Shown here: piece by piece, positions 16,809-27,377 of the stretch
Position numbering within the stretch: the stretch's first letter is position 1
Layout of the letters: each line of letters starts with the position of its first letter
Assembly (NCBI GenBank): GCA_036556325.1
Contig: DATBJR010000049.1
Location: forward strand, 24,538 to 88,537
DNA length: 64,000 nt
From: Candidatus Limnocylindria bacterium
Lineage (GTDB): Bacteria > Chloroflexota > Limnocylindria > QHBO01
Direction: 5' to 3'
The notes under the pieces: model-generated
The model's database searches: none
What the model was told of the DNA's origin: nothing
Seen by the model: only the letters and a program-made list of their open reading frames with translations
Made by a program: the position numbers and the translations under genes

Positions 16809-18460
16809 CGTCCACGTCAGCCACCGAGGCGATGCCCCTCAACCAGGCGCCGGTGAAGGTCGAGTCGCGCGCGCGCTTCGAGATCCTCGGCGCGGTGATG
16901 CTCGCCCTGTTTCTTTCCGCCCTCGACCAGACGATCGTGGGCCCCATCCTGCCGCGGATCGTCAGCGACCTCAACGGCATCGATTACTACACCTGGGTGG
17001 TCACCGCCTACCTCCTGACCAGCACCGTGACGGTGCCGATCTACGGCAAGCTGTCGGACCTCTTCGGGCGCAAGCCGATGCTGATGGTCGGCATCGGGCT
17101 CTTCCTGGTCGGCTCGATGCTGTCGGGCCTCTCGCAGACCATGTGGCAGCTGGTCATGTTCCGGGCCATCCAGGGTCTCGGCGCCGGCGCGCTCTTCCCC
17201 ATCAGCCTCGCCGTCATCGGTGACCTGTTCACGCCCCGCGAGCGAGGCCGATACCAGGGTCTGTTCGGCGCCGTCTTCGGCATTGCCTTCCTGGTGGGCC
17301 CGTTCCTGGGTGGCACCATCACCGACCACTGGTCATGGCACTGGGTGTTCTACGTCAATCTGCCCATCGGCCTGATCGCGCTGGCCGTCATCTGGCATCT
17401 GCTGCCGACGGTGCGTCGCCCGAACGCCACCCGCAACATCGACTACGCGGGCGTGCTCACCTTCGCCGCCGGCGTGGTCCCGATCCTCGTCGGCCTGACC
17501 AACGCGCAGAACGGCGATTGGGGTTCAGCCGGCGTATGGGGCCTCCTCCTGGTCGGCATCGCCTTCCTGGCGGTCTTCGTCTGGGTCGAGTCCCGGGCCA
17601 AGGAGCCGATGATTCCGCTCCACCTGTTCCGCAACCGAACGTTCTCGATCTCGATGATCGCCGTCTTCACCGCCATGTTCGGCTTCTTCGGGGCGGTGGT
17701 CTTCCTGCCGCTCTGGTTCCAGGTCGTGCAGGGCGCAAGCGCCACCGAATCGGGCTACAAGCTGCTGCCGTTCCTCTTCGGGCTCATCCTGAGCTCCATC
17801 GCGAGCGGCCAGATCGTGAGCCGCACCGGCCATTACAAGTGGCTCGCGGCCGGCGCCCTGACGCTGGCCGCCATCGGCGTGGCGCTGATGACCAACATCC
17901 GGACCGATACGCCGGATCTGACGCTCTGGAGCTGGATGTTCCTCGCCGGTCTGGGCATCGGCCCGTCGATGGCGGTGTTCACGATCATCGTCCAGAACGC
18001 CGTCCCCTTCGCGGAGCTGGGCGCCGCCACCAGCGACCTCACCCTGTTCCGCCAGATCGGTGGCACGGTTGGCCTGACGTTCGCGTTCACCCTGTTCCGC
18101 AACTTCCTGAGCTGGGACGCGATTCGCACCCAGCTCATCGCGGCCGGGGCTCCGGCGCAGTTCGTACCGGCCACGGCCCCAGCTGGCTTTGACACCGGGC
18201 AGCTGACGAACGTGGCCGGCAACGGCCCGGACTTCATGACGCAGGTTCCCGCGGCCCTGCAGGCCATCGTGACCAAGGGCTTCCACGAGGCCTTCAGCAT
18301 CGCGCTCGGCAACAGCATGTGGCTAGGCGTCGGTGCCCTGGTGGTCGCGGTGCTGAGCGTCGTGCTGCTCCACGAGGCGCCGTTGCGCCATCACATCGGC
18401 GAGACGGACGAGAGCAACCCCCGCTCGGAAGGTCGCGCACCCATGGCCGCCTTCGACTGA
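16805..18460 (+). CDS. MFS transporter, DHA2 (EmrB/QacA-like, 14-TMS) family
   Basis: GTG 16805 overlaps the marR stop (GTGA). LDQTIVGPILPRI, motif A GKLSDLFGRKPML, and a ~14-helix hydrophobic profile. Confidence 0.85.
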   Translation: MTSTSATEAMPLNQAPVKVESRARFEILGAVMLALFLSALDQTIVGPILPRIVSDLNGIDYYTWVVTAYLLTSTVTVPIYGKLSDLFGRKPMLMVGIGLFLVGSMLSGLSQTMWQLVMFRAIQGLGAGALFPISLAVIGDLFTPRERGRYQGLFGAVFGIAFLVGPFLGGTITDHWSWHWVFYVNLPIGLIALAVIWHLLPTVRRPNATRNIDYAGVLTFAAGVVPILVGLTNAQNGDWGSAGVWGLLLVGIAFLAVFVWVESRAKEPMIPLHLFRNRTFSISMIAVFTAMFGFFGAVVFLPLWFQVVQGASATESGYKLLPFLFGLILSSIASGQIVSRTGHYKWLAAGALTLAAIGVALMTNIRTDTPDLTLWSWMFLAGLGIGPSMAVFTIIVQNAVPFAELGAATSDLTLFRQIGGTVGLTFAFTLFRNFLSWDAIRTQLIAAGAPAQFVPATAPAGFDTGQLTNVAGNGPDFMTQVPAALQAIVTKGFHEAFSIALGNSMWLGVGALVVAVLSVVLLHEAPLRHHIGETDESNPRSEGRAPMAAFD

Positions 18461-18480
18461 ACGACGGCTACCATCTGCGC

Positions 18481-19071
18481 ATGACCGACTACGGTCCGGG
18501 GACCGCGCTGATCGTGGTGGACGTCCAGAACGACTTCGCCGACCCGGCTGGCAGCCTGTCCGTCAGCCGGGCCGCGCACATCCTGCCCCGGATCAACGCC
18601 GAGATCGCGGCCGCCCGTCTCGCCGGCTCACCGGTGTACTACACGCAGGACTGGCATCCGGCTTCCACTCCGCACTTCGCCAAGGACGGTGGCATCTGGC
18701 CGGTGCACTGCGTCGCCGGGACGTGGGGCGCGGAGCTGCATCCGGACCTGCGCGTCGACGGTCAGATCGTCCGCAAGGGCGCCAACGGCGAGGATGGCTA
18801 CTCGGGCTTCAGCATGCGCGACCCGGTCACCGGCGCGGAGGTCCCCACGCCCCTGGAGGGCATGCTCCGCGACGCCGGCGTGACGCGCGTGGTCATCAGC
18901 GGTCTGGCCACCGACTACTGCGTCAACGCCACCGCCCTCGACGCGCGGCGGCTCGGGTTCGAGACGGTCGTCCTGCGGCGCGCCGTCGCTGCTGTCAACC
19001 TTGAGCCCGGTGACGACGAACGGGCCCTGGCCGAGATGGCGACCGCCGGGGCCCATCTCCAGGACGAGTAG
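18481..19071 (+). CDS. pncA: Nicotinamidase/pyrazinamidase (isochorismatase family)
   Basis: ALIVVDVQNDF (catalytic Asp), QDWHP metal site, GLATDYCV (catalytic Cys). Internal ATG 18481. Confidence 0.8.
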   Translation: MTDYGPGTALIVVDVQNDFADPAGSLSVSRAAHILPRINAEIAAARLAGSPVYYTQDWHPASTPHFAKDGGIWPVHCVAGTWGAELHPDLRVDGQIVRKGANGEDGYSGFSMRDPVTGAEVPTPLEGMLRDAGVTRVVISGLATDYCVNATALDARRLGFETVVLRRAVAAVNLEPGDDERALAEMATAGAHLQDE

Positions 19072-19075
19072 GCCT

Positions 19076-19264
19076 CTAGGGACGGCCTCGGCGGCGAGAC
19101 CAGGCGACCAGCGCGGCCCCGCCAACCACCAGCGCGCCGCCGATCCAGGCCCAGGTCGGGTCGTTGGTCATGTAGCTGCCCGGCAGGATGCCGATGCCCT
19201 GCAGGAAGAACGTCGCGCCGGCCAGGATGGCAAGCCCGCCCAGGATGGTCGGCAGCGTCCGCAT
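19076..19264 (-). CDS. Small two-TM membrane protein (62 aa)
   Basis: Only the last 62 codons of the 297-aa track ORF look protein-like (MRTLPTILGGLAILAGATFFLQGIG...). The rest is shadow sequence. Confidence 0.45.
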   Translation of the reverse strand: MRTLPTILGGLAILAGATFFLQGIGILPGSYMTNDPTWAWIGGALVVGGAALVAWSRRRGRP

Positions 19265-19293
19265 CGGCTCAGGATATTGGGCATCCGCCACTC

Positions 19294-19321
19294 TTGCGAC
19301 GGCACCGATCGAGCGTATACT
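19294..19321 (+). promoter_or_regulatory. Candidate sigma-70 promoter upstream of the zinc-ribbon gene
   Basis: -35 TTGCGA (19294-19299), 16-nt spacer, -10 TATACT (19316-19321). This would give a ~150-nt 5' UTR. Confidence 0.3.
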
Positions 19322-19477
19322 CGCGGGCGAGTCGGGCCGCCACCGAGCGGCGCCAGCAGCCTTCCGTCCCCTCCCACCACGTCCCAGCGTCGGCTCGCGG
19401 AGTAGCGGCAAGACCCGTGGCCGGCGCCAGCCCAGGCGGGCTCCCGGCGTGGCAATCACTCTTGTGGGAGTTTCCGC

Positions 19478-19801
19478 GTGGCCTACACCGATCAGGTGAT
19501 CAACTGCTCCGACTGCGGCATCGACTTCGTGTTCTCCGCCTCCGAGCAGGAGTTCTTCGCGCAGAAGGGGTTCACCTCTGCGCCCAAGCGCTGCCCCTCC
19601 TGTCGCGCCCAGCGTCGCGCCTCGGGCGGCGGCTCGAGCTACGGCAGCAGCGGCGGCTACTCGGACAGCTATAGCCGCGGGCCGCGCGAGATGTTCGACG
19701 CGGTGTGCGCGCGCTGCGGCAAGGACACCCAGGTGCCATTCCGGCCGACCGGCGCTCGCCCGGTCTACTGCAGCGACTGCTTCCGGCTGATGCGCGGGTA
19801 G
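19478..19801 (+). CDS. CxxC-x17-CxxC zinc-ribbon domain protein
   Basis: Two zinc-ribbon halves (CSDCG...CPSC and CARCG...CSDC) separated by a G/S/Y-rich linker. GGGAG lies 7 nt upstream of GTG 19478. Confidence 0.75.
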   Translation: MAYTDQVINCSDCGIDFVFSASEQEFFAQKGFTSAPKRCPSCRAQRRASGGGSSYGSSGGYSDSYSRGPREMFDAVCARCGKDTQVPFRPTGARPVYCSDCFRLMRG

Positions 19802-19824
19802 TCCACCAGGGGCCGATGCAGCCT

Positions 19825-19862
19825 GCGGCGCCACCGCCTCGGCGGGGCGCCGCTTTTGGGTT
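19825..19862 (+). terminator. Rho-independent terminator after the zinc-ribbon gene
   Basis: GCGGCGCC(A)CCGCC-TC-GGCGG(G)GGCGCCGC forms a stem-loop (19825-19853), followed by TTTTGGGTT. Confidence 0.6.
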
Positions 19863-20105
19863 CCAGCTCCTTCTCGGGGGCTGGACGGCTGGAGACATCG
19901 GCAGGCGGAACCCCGCCATTTCCCCAGAATCCCCTGATATTCACGCGCCTTTGCCCCTTCCGCGGGCATGCTGATGACCTGACCTGCCAGGGGCCACGGC
20001 TGCCCAGGGGCGAACGTGCCGGTGGCCCGGAAGATGGGCCCGAGCCCAGGGCTCGTATCATGGGAGCCTCAACGATCGGCAGGGAACTTGCGGGAGCTCG
20101 TCAAC

Positions 20106-21968
20106 GTGTCGAACCACGAGCAGAACCAATGGCGCGAGCTGGGGCAGCAGCTGCGCGTCGACTCCATCAGATCCAGCTCGGCGGCCGGGTCGGGCCACCC
20201 CACCTCGTCGATGTCGGCGGCCGATCTGATGGCGGTGCTGATCAGCAAGTACCTGCACTATGACTTCGGCAGCCCCCAGGACGCGCGCAACGACCACCTG
20301 ATCTTCTCGAAGGGCCATGCGTCGCCGCTGCTCTACGCGATCTACAAGGCGGCGGGCGCCATCACCGATGAGGAGATGCTGACGTTCCGCCAGCTGGGCA
20401 GCCGGATCGAGGGTCACCCCACCCCGGTCCTGCCGTACGTCGATGTGGCCACCGGGTCACTGGGCCAGGGCCTGCCGATCTCGGTGGGCGTGGCCTACGC
20501 CGGCAAGTACCTCGACCGCCTGCCATACCGGGTGTGGTGCCTGTGCGGCGATTCGGAGATGGCCGAGGGCTCGATGTGGGAAGCGTTCGAGGCGGCCGGC
20601 TTCCATGGGCTGGACAACCTGACCGCCATCATCGACGTCAACCGCCTGGGCCAGACCGGCGAGACGATGCACGGCTGGGACCTGGACGCGTATGCCACGC
20701 GGGCGCGCGCCTTCGGCTGGGAGGCAATCGAGATCGACGGCCATGACGTCGAGCAGATCGATGCCGCCCTCGGCCAGGCGAGCAACGGCGGCGGCCGGCC
20801 GACGGTCATCGTCGCCAGGACGGAGAAAGGGCACGGCGTGGCGGCCGTCGCCAACAAGAACGGTGCGCACGGCAAGCCGGTCCCCGACGAGGCGGAGGCC
20901 ATCGCCGAGCTGGGTGGGGAGCGCAACATCTCGGTGCAGGTCGCCAGGCCCACCGGCGACGGGAAGCCCCACACCTTCGAGGCGAGCGGTGAGCTCAACC
21001 TGCCGAAATACGAGATCGGGACCAAGGAGGCCACCCGCAAGGCGTACGGAGACGCGCTCGTGGCGCTGGGCAACGCTCGGGGCGACGTGATCGTCATCGA
21101 CGGTGAGGTCGGCAACTCGACGTACTCCGAGGAGTTCAAGGAGGCGCATCCGGAGCGCTTCGTCCAGGCCTACATCGCCGAGCAGCAGCTGCTGTCGTAC
21201 GCGGTGGGCTTCCAGGTGCGCGGCTGGCGGCCCTTCGCCGCCACCTTCGCGGCCTTCCTGTCGCGCGCCTACGACTTCGTGCGCATGGCGGCGGTGAGCC
21301 GGGCCAACATCGTGCTCGCCGGCTCGCATGCCGGGGTCAGCATCGGCGAGGACGGTCCGTCGCAGATGGCGCTGGAGGACCTCGCCTCGCTGCGGGCCGT
21401 CCACGGCAGCACCGTGCTGTATCCATCGGATCCCAACCAGGCAGCCGAGCTGCTCGCCGCCGCGGCGGATCGCGAGGGCATCGTCTTCATGCGCACCACG
21501 CGCGAGAAGACGCCGGTCATCTACCAGCCGGGAGAACGCTTCGAGATCGGTGGCAGCCGGGTGGTCCGTCAGGGCGACGACGATGCGGTGACGCTCATCG
21601 GCGCCGGGGTCACGCTCCACGAGGCGCTGAAGGCGGCCGACCTGCTGGCGGAAGAGGGGATCGCCGTGCGGGTGATCGACCTCTACTCGATCAAGCCGGT
21701 GGACGAGGCAACCGTTCGGGCGGCCGCGCGCGAAACGGGCGGCATCGTGACGGTCGAGGACCATTTCCCCGAGGGCGGACTCGGCGACGCGGTGCTGGAG
21801 GCCCTGGCCGAGGAGCCGGGGCGGGCCGTCGTTCGCAAGCTGGCCGTTCGGATCATGCCCGGCTCGGCCACGCCCGCCGAACAGCTCGAGGCAGCCGGCA
21901 TTGATGCGGAGCACATTGCAGCCGCTGCCCGTGAACTCATCCGGACGGGCACGGCAGCCCAGGCGTAA
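20106..21968 (+). CDS. tkt: Transketolase (short ~620-aa form)
   Basis: GSGHPTSSMS, ThDP motif GDSEMAEGSMWEA...NLTAIIDVNR, and a C-terminal transketolase domain. GTG 20106 chosen as start. Confidence 0.9.
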   Translation: MSNHEQNQWRELGQQLRVDSIRSSSAAGSGHPTSSMSAADLMAVLISKYLHYDFGSPQDARNDHLIFSKGHASPLLYAIYKAAGAITDEEMLTFRQLGSRIEGHPTPVLPYVDVATGSLGQGLPISVGVAYAGKYLDRLPYRVWCLCGDSEMAEGSMWEAFEAAGFHGLDNLTAIIDVNRLGQTGETMHGWDLDAYATRARAFGWEAIEIDGHDVEQIDAALGQASNGGGRPTVIVARTEKGHGVAAVANKNGAHGKPVPDEAEAIAELGGERNISVQVARPTGDGKPHTFEASGELNLPKYEIGTKEATRKAYGDALVALGNARGDVIVIDGEVGNSTYSEEFKEAHPERFVQAYIAEQQLLSYAVGFQVRGWRPFAATFAAFLSRAYDFVRMAAVSRANIVLAGSHAGVSIGEDGPSQMALEDLASLRAVHGSTVLYPSDPNQAAELLAAAADREGIVFMRTTREKTPVIYQPGERFEIGGSRVVRQGDDDAVTLIGAGVTLHEALKAADLLAEEGIAVRVIDLYSIKPVDEATVRAAARETGGIVTVEDHFPEGGLGDAVLEALAEEPGRAVVRKLAVRIMPGSATPAEQLEAAGIDAEHIAAAARELIRTGTAAQA

Positions 21969-21983
21969 GGAGGCGAGACGATC

Positions 21984-23087
21984 ATGAATGCGCTGCAGCG
22001 GCTGCATGCCGAGCAGGACCAGAGCCCCTGGATCGACTTCATCGACCGGCAGCTGATCGAATCCGGACGGCTCGCCGAGTTCGTGGCCGACGGCATCCGG
22101 GGTCTGACCAGCAACCCGACGATCTTCGGCAAAGCGGTCGCCACCGGCCAGTACGACGAGCTCATCAAGCGCGAGATCGACGCGGGCCACGACAGCCGGG
22201 CGATCTACGAGGCGATCGCGATTGGCGACGTCAGCGACGCTGCGGATGTCCTGCGCTCGGTCTACGACGAGTCGGACGGGACCGATGGCTTCGTGTCCAT
22301 CGAGGTGGAGCCCGACCTGGCCGATGACTCCCAAGCGACGCTGGAGCGGGCGCGTCACCTCTTCGGCCGCGTCAACCGGCTGAACGCCTTCGTCAAGATC
22401 CCGGCCACCCCGGCCGGCCTGCCGGCGATCGAAGATGCCATCGCCGAGGGCATCAACATCAACATCACGCTCATGTTCAGCGTCGACGTGTACCGCGACG
22501 TCGCCCGCGCCTACCTCAATGGACTGCGACGTCGCCTGGAGCGCGGCGAGGACATCAGCCGCATCGCCTCCGTCGCCAGCTTCTTCGTCAGCCGGGTCGA
22601 CACGAAGGTCGACAAGGCGCTGGACGCCATCGGCACCGATGCCGCCCGTGACCTGCGCGGGCGAGCCGCGATCGCCAACGCCAAGCTCGCGTACGCCGCC
22701 TACCAGGAGATCTTCGACGGGCCGGAGTTCGCAGAGCTGCGCGACGCTGGGGCGCGCGTGCAGCGCTGCCTGTGGGCCAGCACCTCGACGAAGAACCCGG
22801 ACTACCGCGACGTCCTGTACGTGGAGGAGCTCATCGGCCCACGCACGGTCAACACGATGCCGCTGGAGACGATCGAGGCCTTCAATGACCACGGGCGGCT
22901 GGAGCGCACGCTGGATGCCGGCCTGGACGAGGCGCATGAGCTGCTGCGCCAGGTGGAGCAGCAGGGGATCAGCATGCAGACAGTCACCGATGAGCTGATC
23001 CAGGAGGGCGTGGCCGCGTTCGCCAAGTCCTTCGTCGAGCTGATCGAGGCGATCGACAGCCAGCGCAAGGCACTCACACCGGCATGA
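21984..23087 (+). CDS. tal: Transaldolase (long actinobacterial-type)
   Basis: 367 aa. QSPWIDFI, GLTSNPTIF, and the Schiff-base lysine context AFVKIPAT. Confidence 0.9.
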   Translation: MNALQRLHAEQDQSPWIDFIDRQLIESGRLAEFVADGIRGLTSNPTIFGKAVATGQYDELIKREIDAGHDSRAIYEAIAIGDVSDAADVLRSVYDESDGTDGFVSIEVEPDLADDSQATLERARHLFGRVNRLNAFVKIPATPAGLPAIEDAIAEGININITLMFSVDVYRDVARAYLNGLRRRLERGEDISRIASVASFFVSRVDTKVDKALDAIGTDAARDLRGRAAIANAKLAYAAYQEIFDGPEFAELRDAGARVQRCLWASTSTKNPDYRDVLYVEELIGPRTVNTMPLETIEAFNDHGRLERTLDAGLDEAHELLRQVEQQGISMQTVTDELIQEGVAAFAKSFVELIEAIDSQRKALTPA

Positions 23088-24775
23088 GCCACGGCCCGCT
23101 GGATGCGGCGATCGCCGAGCGGCTCGCGCGGTGGGACGATGAGCGAGTCGCCGAGCGCCTGTGGGCCAAGGACGGCAGCCTGTGGGCGGGATCCGGGAAG
23201 CCGGCCCAAGAGCTGACCCGCTGGCTCGGCTGGCTGGACCTGCCGGCCAGCATGGGCGGTCGGGTGGCCGAGCTCGAGCACCTGGCGCGTGACGTCCGCG
23301 AGGACGGTTACGCCCGCGCAGCCGTGCTCGGCATGGGCGGGTCGAGCCTCGCTCCCGAGCTCTTCGCCCGGACCTTTCCGGGCAGCGGCCTGGGGCTGCG
23401 CATCCTCGATTCCACCCACCCCGACGCCGTGCGCGAGTTTCGCGACTGGGCACAGGCGAGCCGGACCCTCTTCTGCGTCAGCAGCAAGTCGGGATCGACG
23501 ACCGAGCCGAACGCCTTCCACGCCGCCATGTCGGCCTTTGCGCCGGCGCTCGACTTCCTGGCGATCACCGACCCGGGCAGCTCGCTGGCCGACGTGGCCC
23601 GCGGCCAGGAGTTCCGGGGCATCGTCGACGGGCCACCCGACGTCGGCGGGCGCTACTCAGCGCTCTCGGTGTTCGGGCTGGTGCCGGCCGTCCTGCACGG
23701 CGTCGACCTCGACGCGCTCCTCGGCCGGGCGCAGGCCATGGCCGATGCCTGTCATCGACCCGCATCGGCGAATCCCGGGCTGCGGCTCGGCGCGTTCATG
23801 GGCGAGGCCGCCCTGGCGGGCCGCGACAAGCTGACGATCATCGCCACCCGGCGGCTGGCGAGCTTCGGTGACTGGGCCGAGCAGCTCATCGCGGAGAGCA
23901 CCGGCAAGGCGGGGCGCGGGATCGTGCCCATCGTCGGGGAACCGCTGCAGGATGCCGAACGCTATGGCGCCGACCGGGCCTTCGTGGTGATCACCCTCGA
24001 CGAGCCCGCCGCCCCGGAGCTGGCCGAGCTGGCCGAGCTGGCTGACCTGGCGTCGGCGCTCGAAGGCCTGGGCCACCCGGTGACTCGCATCGGCATCGGC
24101 GACCCGTACGAGCTGGGCGGCGAGTTCGTGCGCTGGGAGGTGGCCACCGCCGCCGCCGGGATCATCCTGGAGATCGATCCGTTCGACCAGCCGAACGTGC
24201 AGGAGAGCAAGGACGCCACGCGCGAGCTGCTCGAGGCGTTTCGCGCGGACGGGCGGCTGCCGGCCGCCGTGCCGCTCGCCGAGCGCGATGGTATCTCTGC
24301 GTATGGTGATCCTGGCGTCCTCGGCGCACCAGGCGACCCAGTGGCGGCCGTGACCGAGCTGCTGGGCAGAGTCGGGGCCGGCGATTACATCGCGCTGCTC
24401 GCCTACCTGCCGCGCACAACGGTCGAGGTCGAGCGACTGCAGCGCATCCGGGCGCAGCTCGGGGCGGGAAGCGGCTTGGCCACGACCCTGGGCTTCGGAC
24501 CGCGGTTCCTGCATTCGACCGGCCAGCTGCACAAGGGCGGACCACCCAGCGGCGTCTACCTGCAGCTCACCGCGGAACCGGAGCGCGACCTGCCCATCCC
24601 GGGCTGGGCCGAGACGTTCGGGACGCTGGTGGCGGCCCAGGCGCTCGGGGACCTGCGGTCGCTGCAGGCCCGCGGCCGACGCGCATTGCGACTGCACGGC
24701 GCGGATACCGACACGTTGCTCACCGCGCTGGAGTCAATGGTTTCCGGCGCGCTGAGCGCCGGCATCGGCAGCTGA
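23084..24775 (+). CDS. pgi: Glucose-6-phosphate isomerase
   Basis: SSKSGSTTEP and GGRYSALSVFGL motifs. ATGA overlap with tal. Confidence 0.85.
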   Translation: MSHGPLDAAIAERLARWDDERVAERLWAKDGSLWAGSGKPAQELTRWLGWLDLPASMGGRVAELEHLARDVREDGYARAAVLGMGGSSLAPELFARTFPGSGLGLRILDSTHPDAVREFRDWAQASRTLFCVSSKSGSTTEPNAFHAAMSAFAPALDFLAITDPGSSLADVARGQEFRGIVDGPPDVGGRYSALSVFGLVPAVLHGVDLDALLGRAQAMADACHRPASANPGLRLGAFMGEAALAGRDKLTIIATRRLASFGDWAEQLIAESTGKAGRGIVPIVGEPLQDAERYGADRAFVVITLDEPAAPELAELAELADLASALEGLGHPVTRIGIGDPYELGGEFVRWEVATAAAGIILEIDPFDQPNVQESKDATRELLEAFRADGRLPAAVPLAERDGISAYGDPGVLGAPGDPVAAVTELLGRVGAGDYIALLAYLPRTTVEVERLQRIRAQLGAGSGLATTLGFGPRFLHSTGQLHKGGPPSGVYLQLTAEPERDLPIPGWAETFGTLVAAQALGDLRSLQARGRRALRLHGADTDTLLTALESMVSGALSAGIGS

Positions 24776-24832
24776 GCGCCGGCTCGGCGCGGGGCGCATC
24801 GGCCCGGGAGTCCAGGAAGGAGTCACAGTCAG

Positions 24833-25765
<933 letters not shown>

Positions 25766-25772
25766 TGGACCG

Positions 25773-27377
25773 ATGACCACCACGGGCAGCCGCCCCACCG
25801 TTGACCTCTCTGGTGACGGCGTGGGGCGGACGCTCGCCAACCCGCTGCGAGAGGGGCTTCGCGCCGGCCGCATGCCGGAGCCCTGCACCATGGTTATCTG
25901 TGGCGCGACCGGCGACCTCACCGAACGCAAGCTCGGACCGGCGCTCTACAACCTGCTGCTCGGCGGGTTCCTGCCGCCCGAGTTCACGGTGGTCGGCTTC
26001 GCGCGTCGCGACATGAGCGACGACGACTTCCGCGCGCACCTGCGCCAGGGCGTCGATCGGTTCAGCCGCAACCGGCCGATCAAGGAGTCGATCTGGGACT
26101 CCTTCGCCCAGGGCATCGTCTACCACCAGGGCGATTTCGACAGCCCGGACGCCTGGCAGTCACTGAGCGGCCTGCTGGATCGAATCGACCGCGATCGCGG
26201 CACGGCCGGGAACCGGCTCTTCTACCTGGCGGTGCCGCCCACGCTGTACCCGGAGATCGTCCACCAGCTCGGGCAGGCTGGCCTGGCGGCCAGCGGCGAG
26301 GCGCGACCGGACGGCCGGAAGGGATGGTCCCGGGTGATCGTGGAGAAGCCGTTCGGCTTCGACCTGGTCAGTGCCCGTCGCCTCAACCAGGAGATCAGGC
26401 AGGTCTTCGCCGAGGACCAGATCTACCGCATCGACCACTACCTGGGCAAGGAGACGGTCCAGAACCTGGCCGTCTTCCGGTTCGGCAACGGCCTGTTCGA
26501 GCCCATCTGGAATCGGCGCTACATCGACTCGGTGCAGATCACCGTGGCCGAGACGGTCGGGGTCGAGGGCCGTGGGGAGTTCTACGACCAGACCGGCGCC
26601 CTGCGCGACATCGTTCAGAACCACGCCCTCCAGCTGCTGGCCATGTTCGCCATGGAGCCGCCGGTCGAGTTCCGGGCCCAGGACCTGCGCGACGAGAAGC
26701 TGAAGGTGCTGCGCGCCGTGCACGAGATGTCGCCGGAGGACGTGGCCCAGAACGTGGTCCGCGGCCAGTATGTTTCGGGCTGGGTGGAAGGCGTGAAGAT
26801 GCCCTCGTACCGCGACGAGCCGGAGATCGCGCCGGATTCCGACACGGAGACCTACGTGGCCCTCAAGCTCGAGATCACCTCGTGGCGCTGGGCCGGCGTG
26901 CCGTTCTACCTCCGCACCGGCAAGGCGCTGCCGACGCGCGCGACCGAGGTGGCGGTGCAGTTCAAGTCGCCGCCGCTGGCCCTCTTCCAGCGGGCGGGTG
27001 CGCCGACCGTCGAGCCGAACATCCTGGCCATCCGTATTCAGCCCGACGAGGGGATCCTGCTGCGCTTCGGCGCTAAGGTGCCGGGACAGGGCATGCAGAT
27101 CCGCAGCGTCAACATGGACTTCCGTTACGGCTTCACCTTTGCGGTCGATTCCCCGGACGCCTACGAGACCCTGCTGCTGGATGCCATGGTCGGGGATGCC
27201 AGCCTCTTCACGCGCGACGACGAGGTGGAGCGAGCGTGGGAGATCCTGGATCCGATCCTGAAGGCCTGGCAGGCGGGCGATGGTGGCCCGGTCCACTTCT
27301 ACGGCGCGGGGTCATGGGGACCACCGGCCGCCGACGAGATGCTGGCCCGCGACGGTCGCAGCTGGCGCCACCCGTGA
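25773..27377 (+). CDS. zwf: Glucose-6-phosphate 1-dehydrogenase
   Basis: ICGATGDLTERKL NADP motif and RIDHYLGKE active-site motif. 534 aa. Confidence 0.9.
   Translation: MTTTGSRPTVDLSGDGVGRTLANPLREGLRAGRMPEPCTMVICGATGDLTERKLGPALYNLLLGGFLPPEFTVVGFARRDMSDDDFRAHLRQGVDRFSRNRPIKESIWDSFAQGIVYHQGDFDSPDAWQSLSGLLDRIDRDRGTAGNRLFYLAVPPTLYPEIVHQLGQAGLAASGEARPDGRKGWSRVIVEKPFGFDLVSARRLNQEIRQVFAEDQIYRIDHYLGKETVQNLAVFRFGNGLFEPIWNRRYIDSVQITVAETVGVEGRGEFYDQTGALRDIVQNHALQLLAMFAMEPPVEFRAQDLRDEKLKVLRAVHEMSPEDVAQNVVRGQYVSGWVEGVKMPSYRDEPEIAPDSDTETYVALKLEITSWRWAGVPFYLRTGKALPTRATEVAVQFKSPPLALFQRAGAPTVEPNILAIRIQPDEGILLRFGAKVPGQGMQIRSVNMDFRYGFTFAVDSPDAYETLLLDAMVGDASLFTRDDEVERAWEILDPILKAWQAGDGGPVHFYGAGSWGPPAADEMLARDGRSWRHP

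Noticed and set aside
20457-23453. 998-aa minus-strand ORF, the longest in the track
   Set aside because: It lies antisense to tkt and tal, which carry unambiguous catalytic motifs. Its translation is R/G/P/A/H/D-rich with no recognisable motif. This is a typical stop-codon-poor shadow frame in high-GC DNA.
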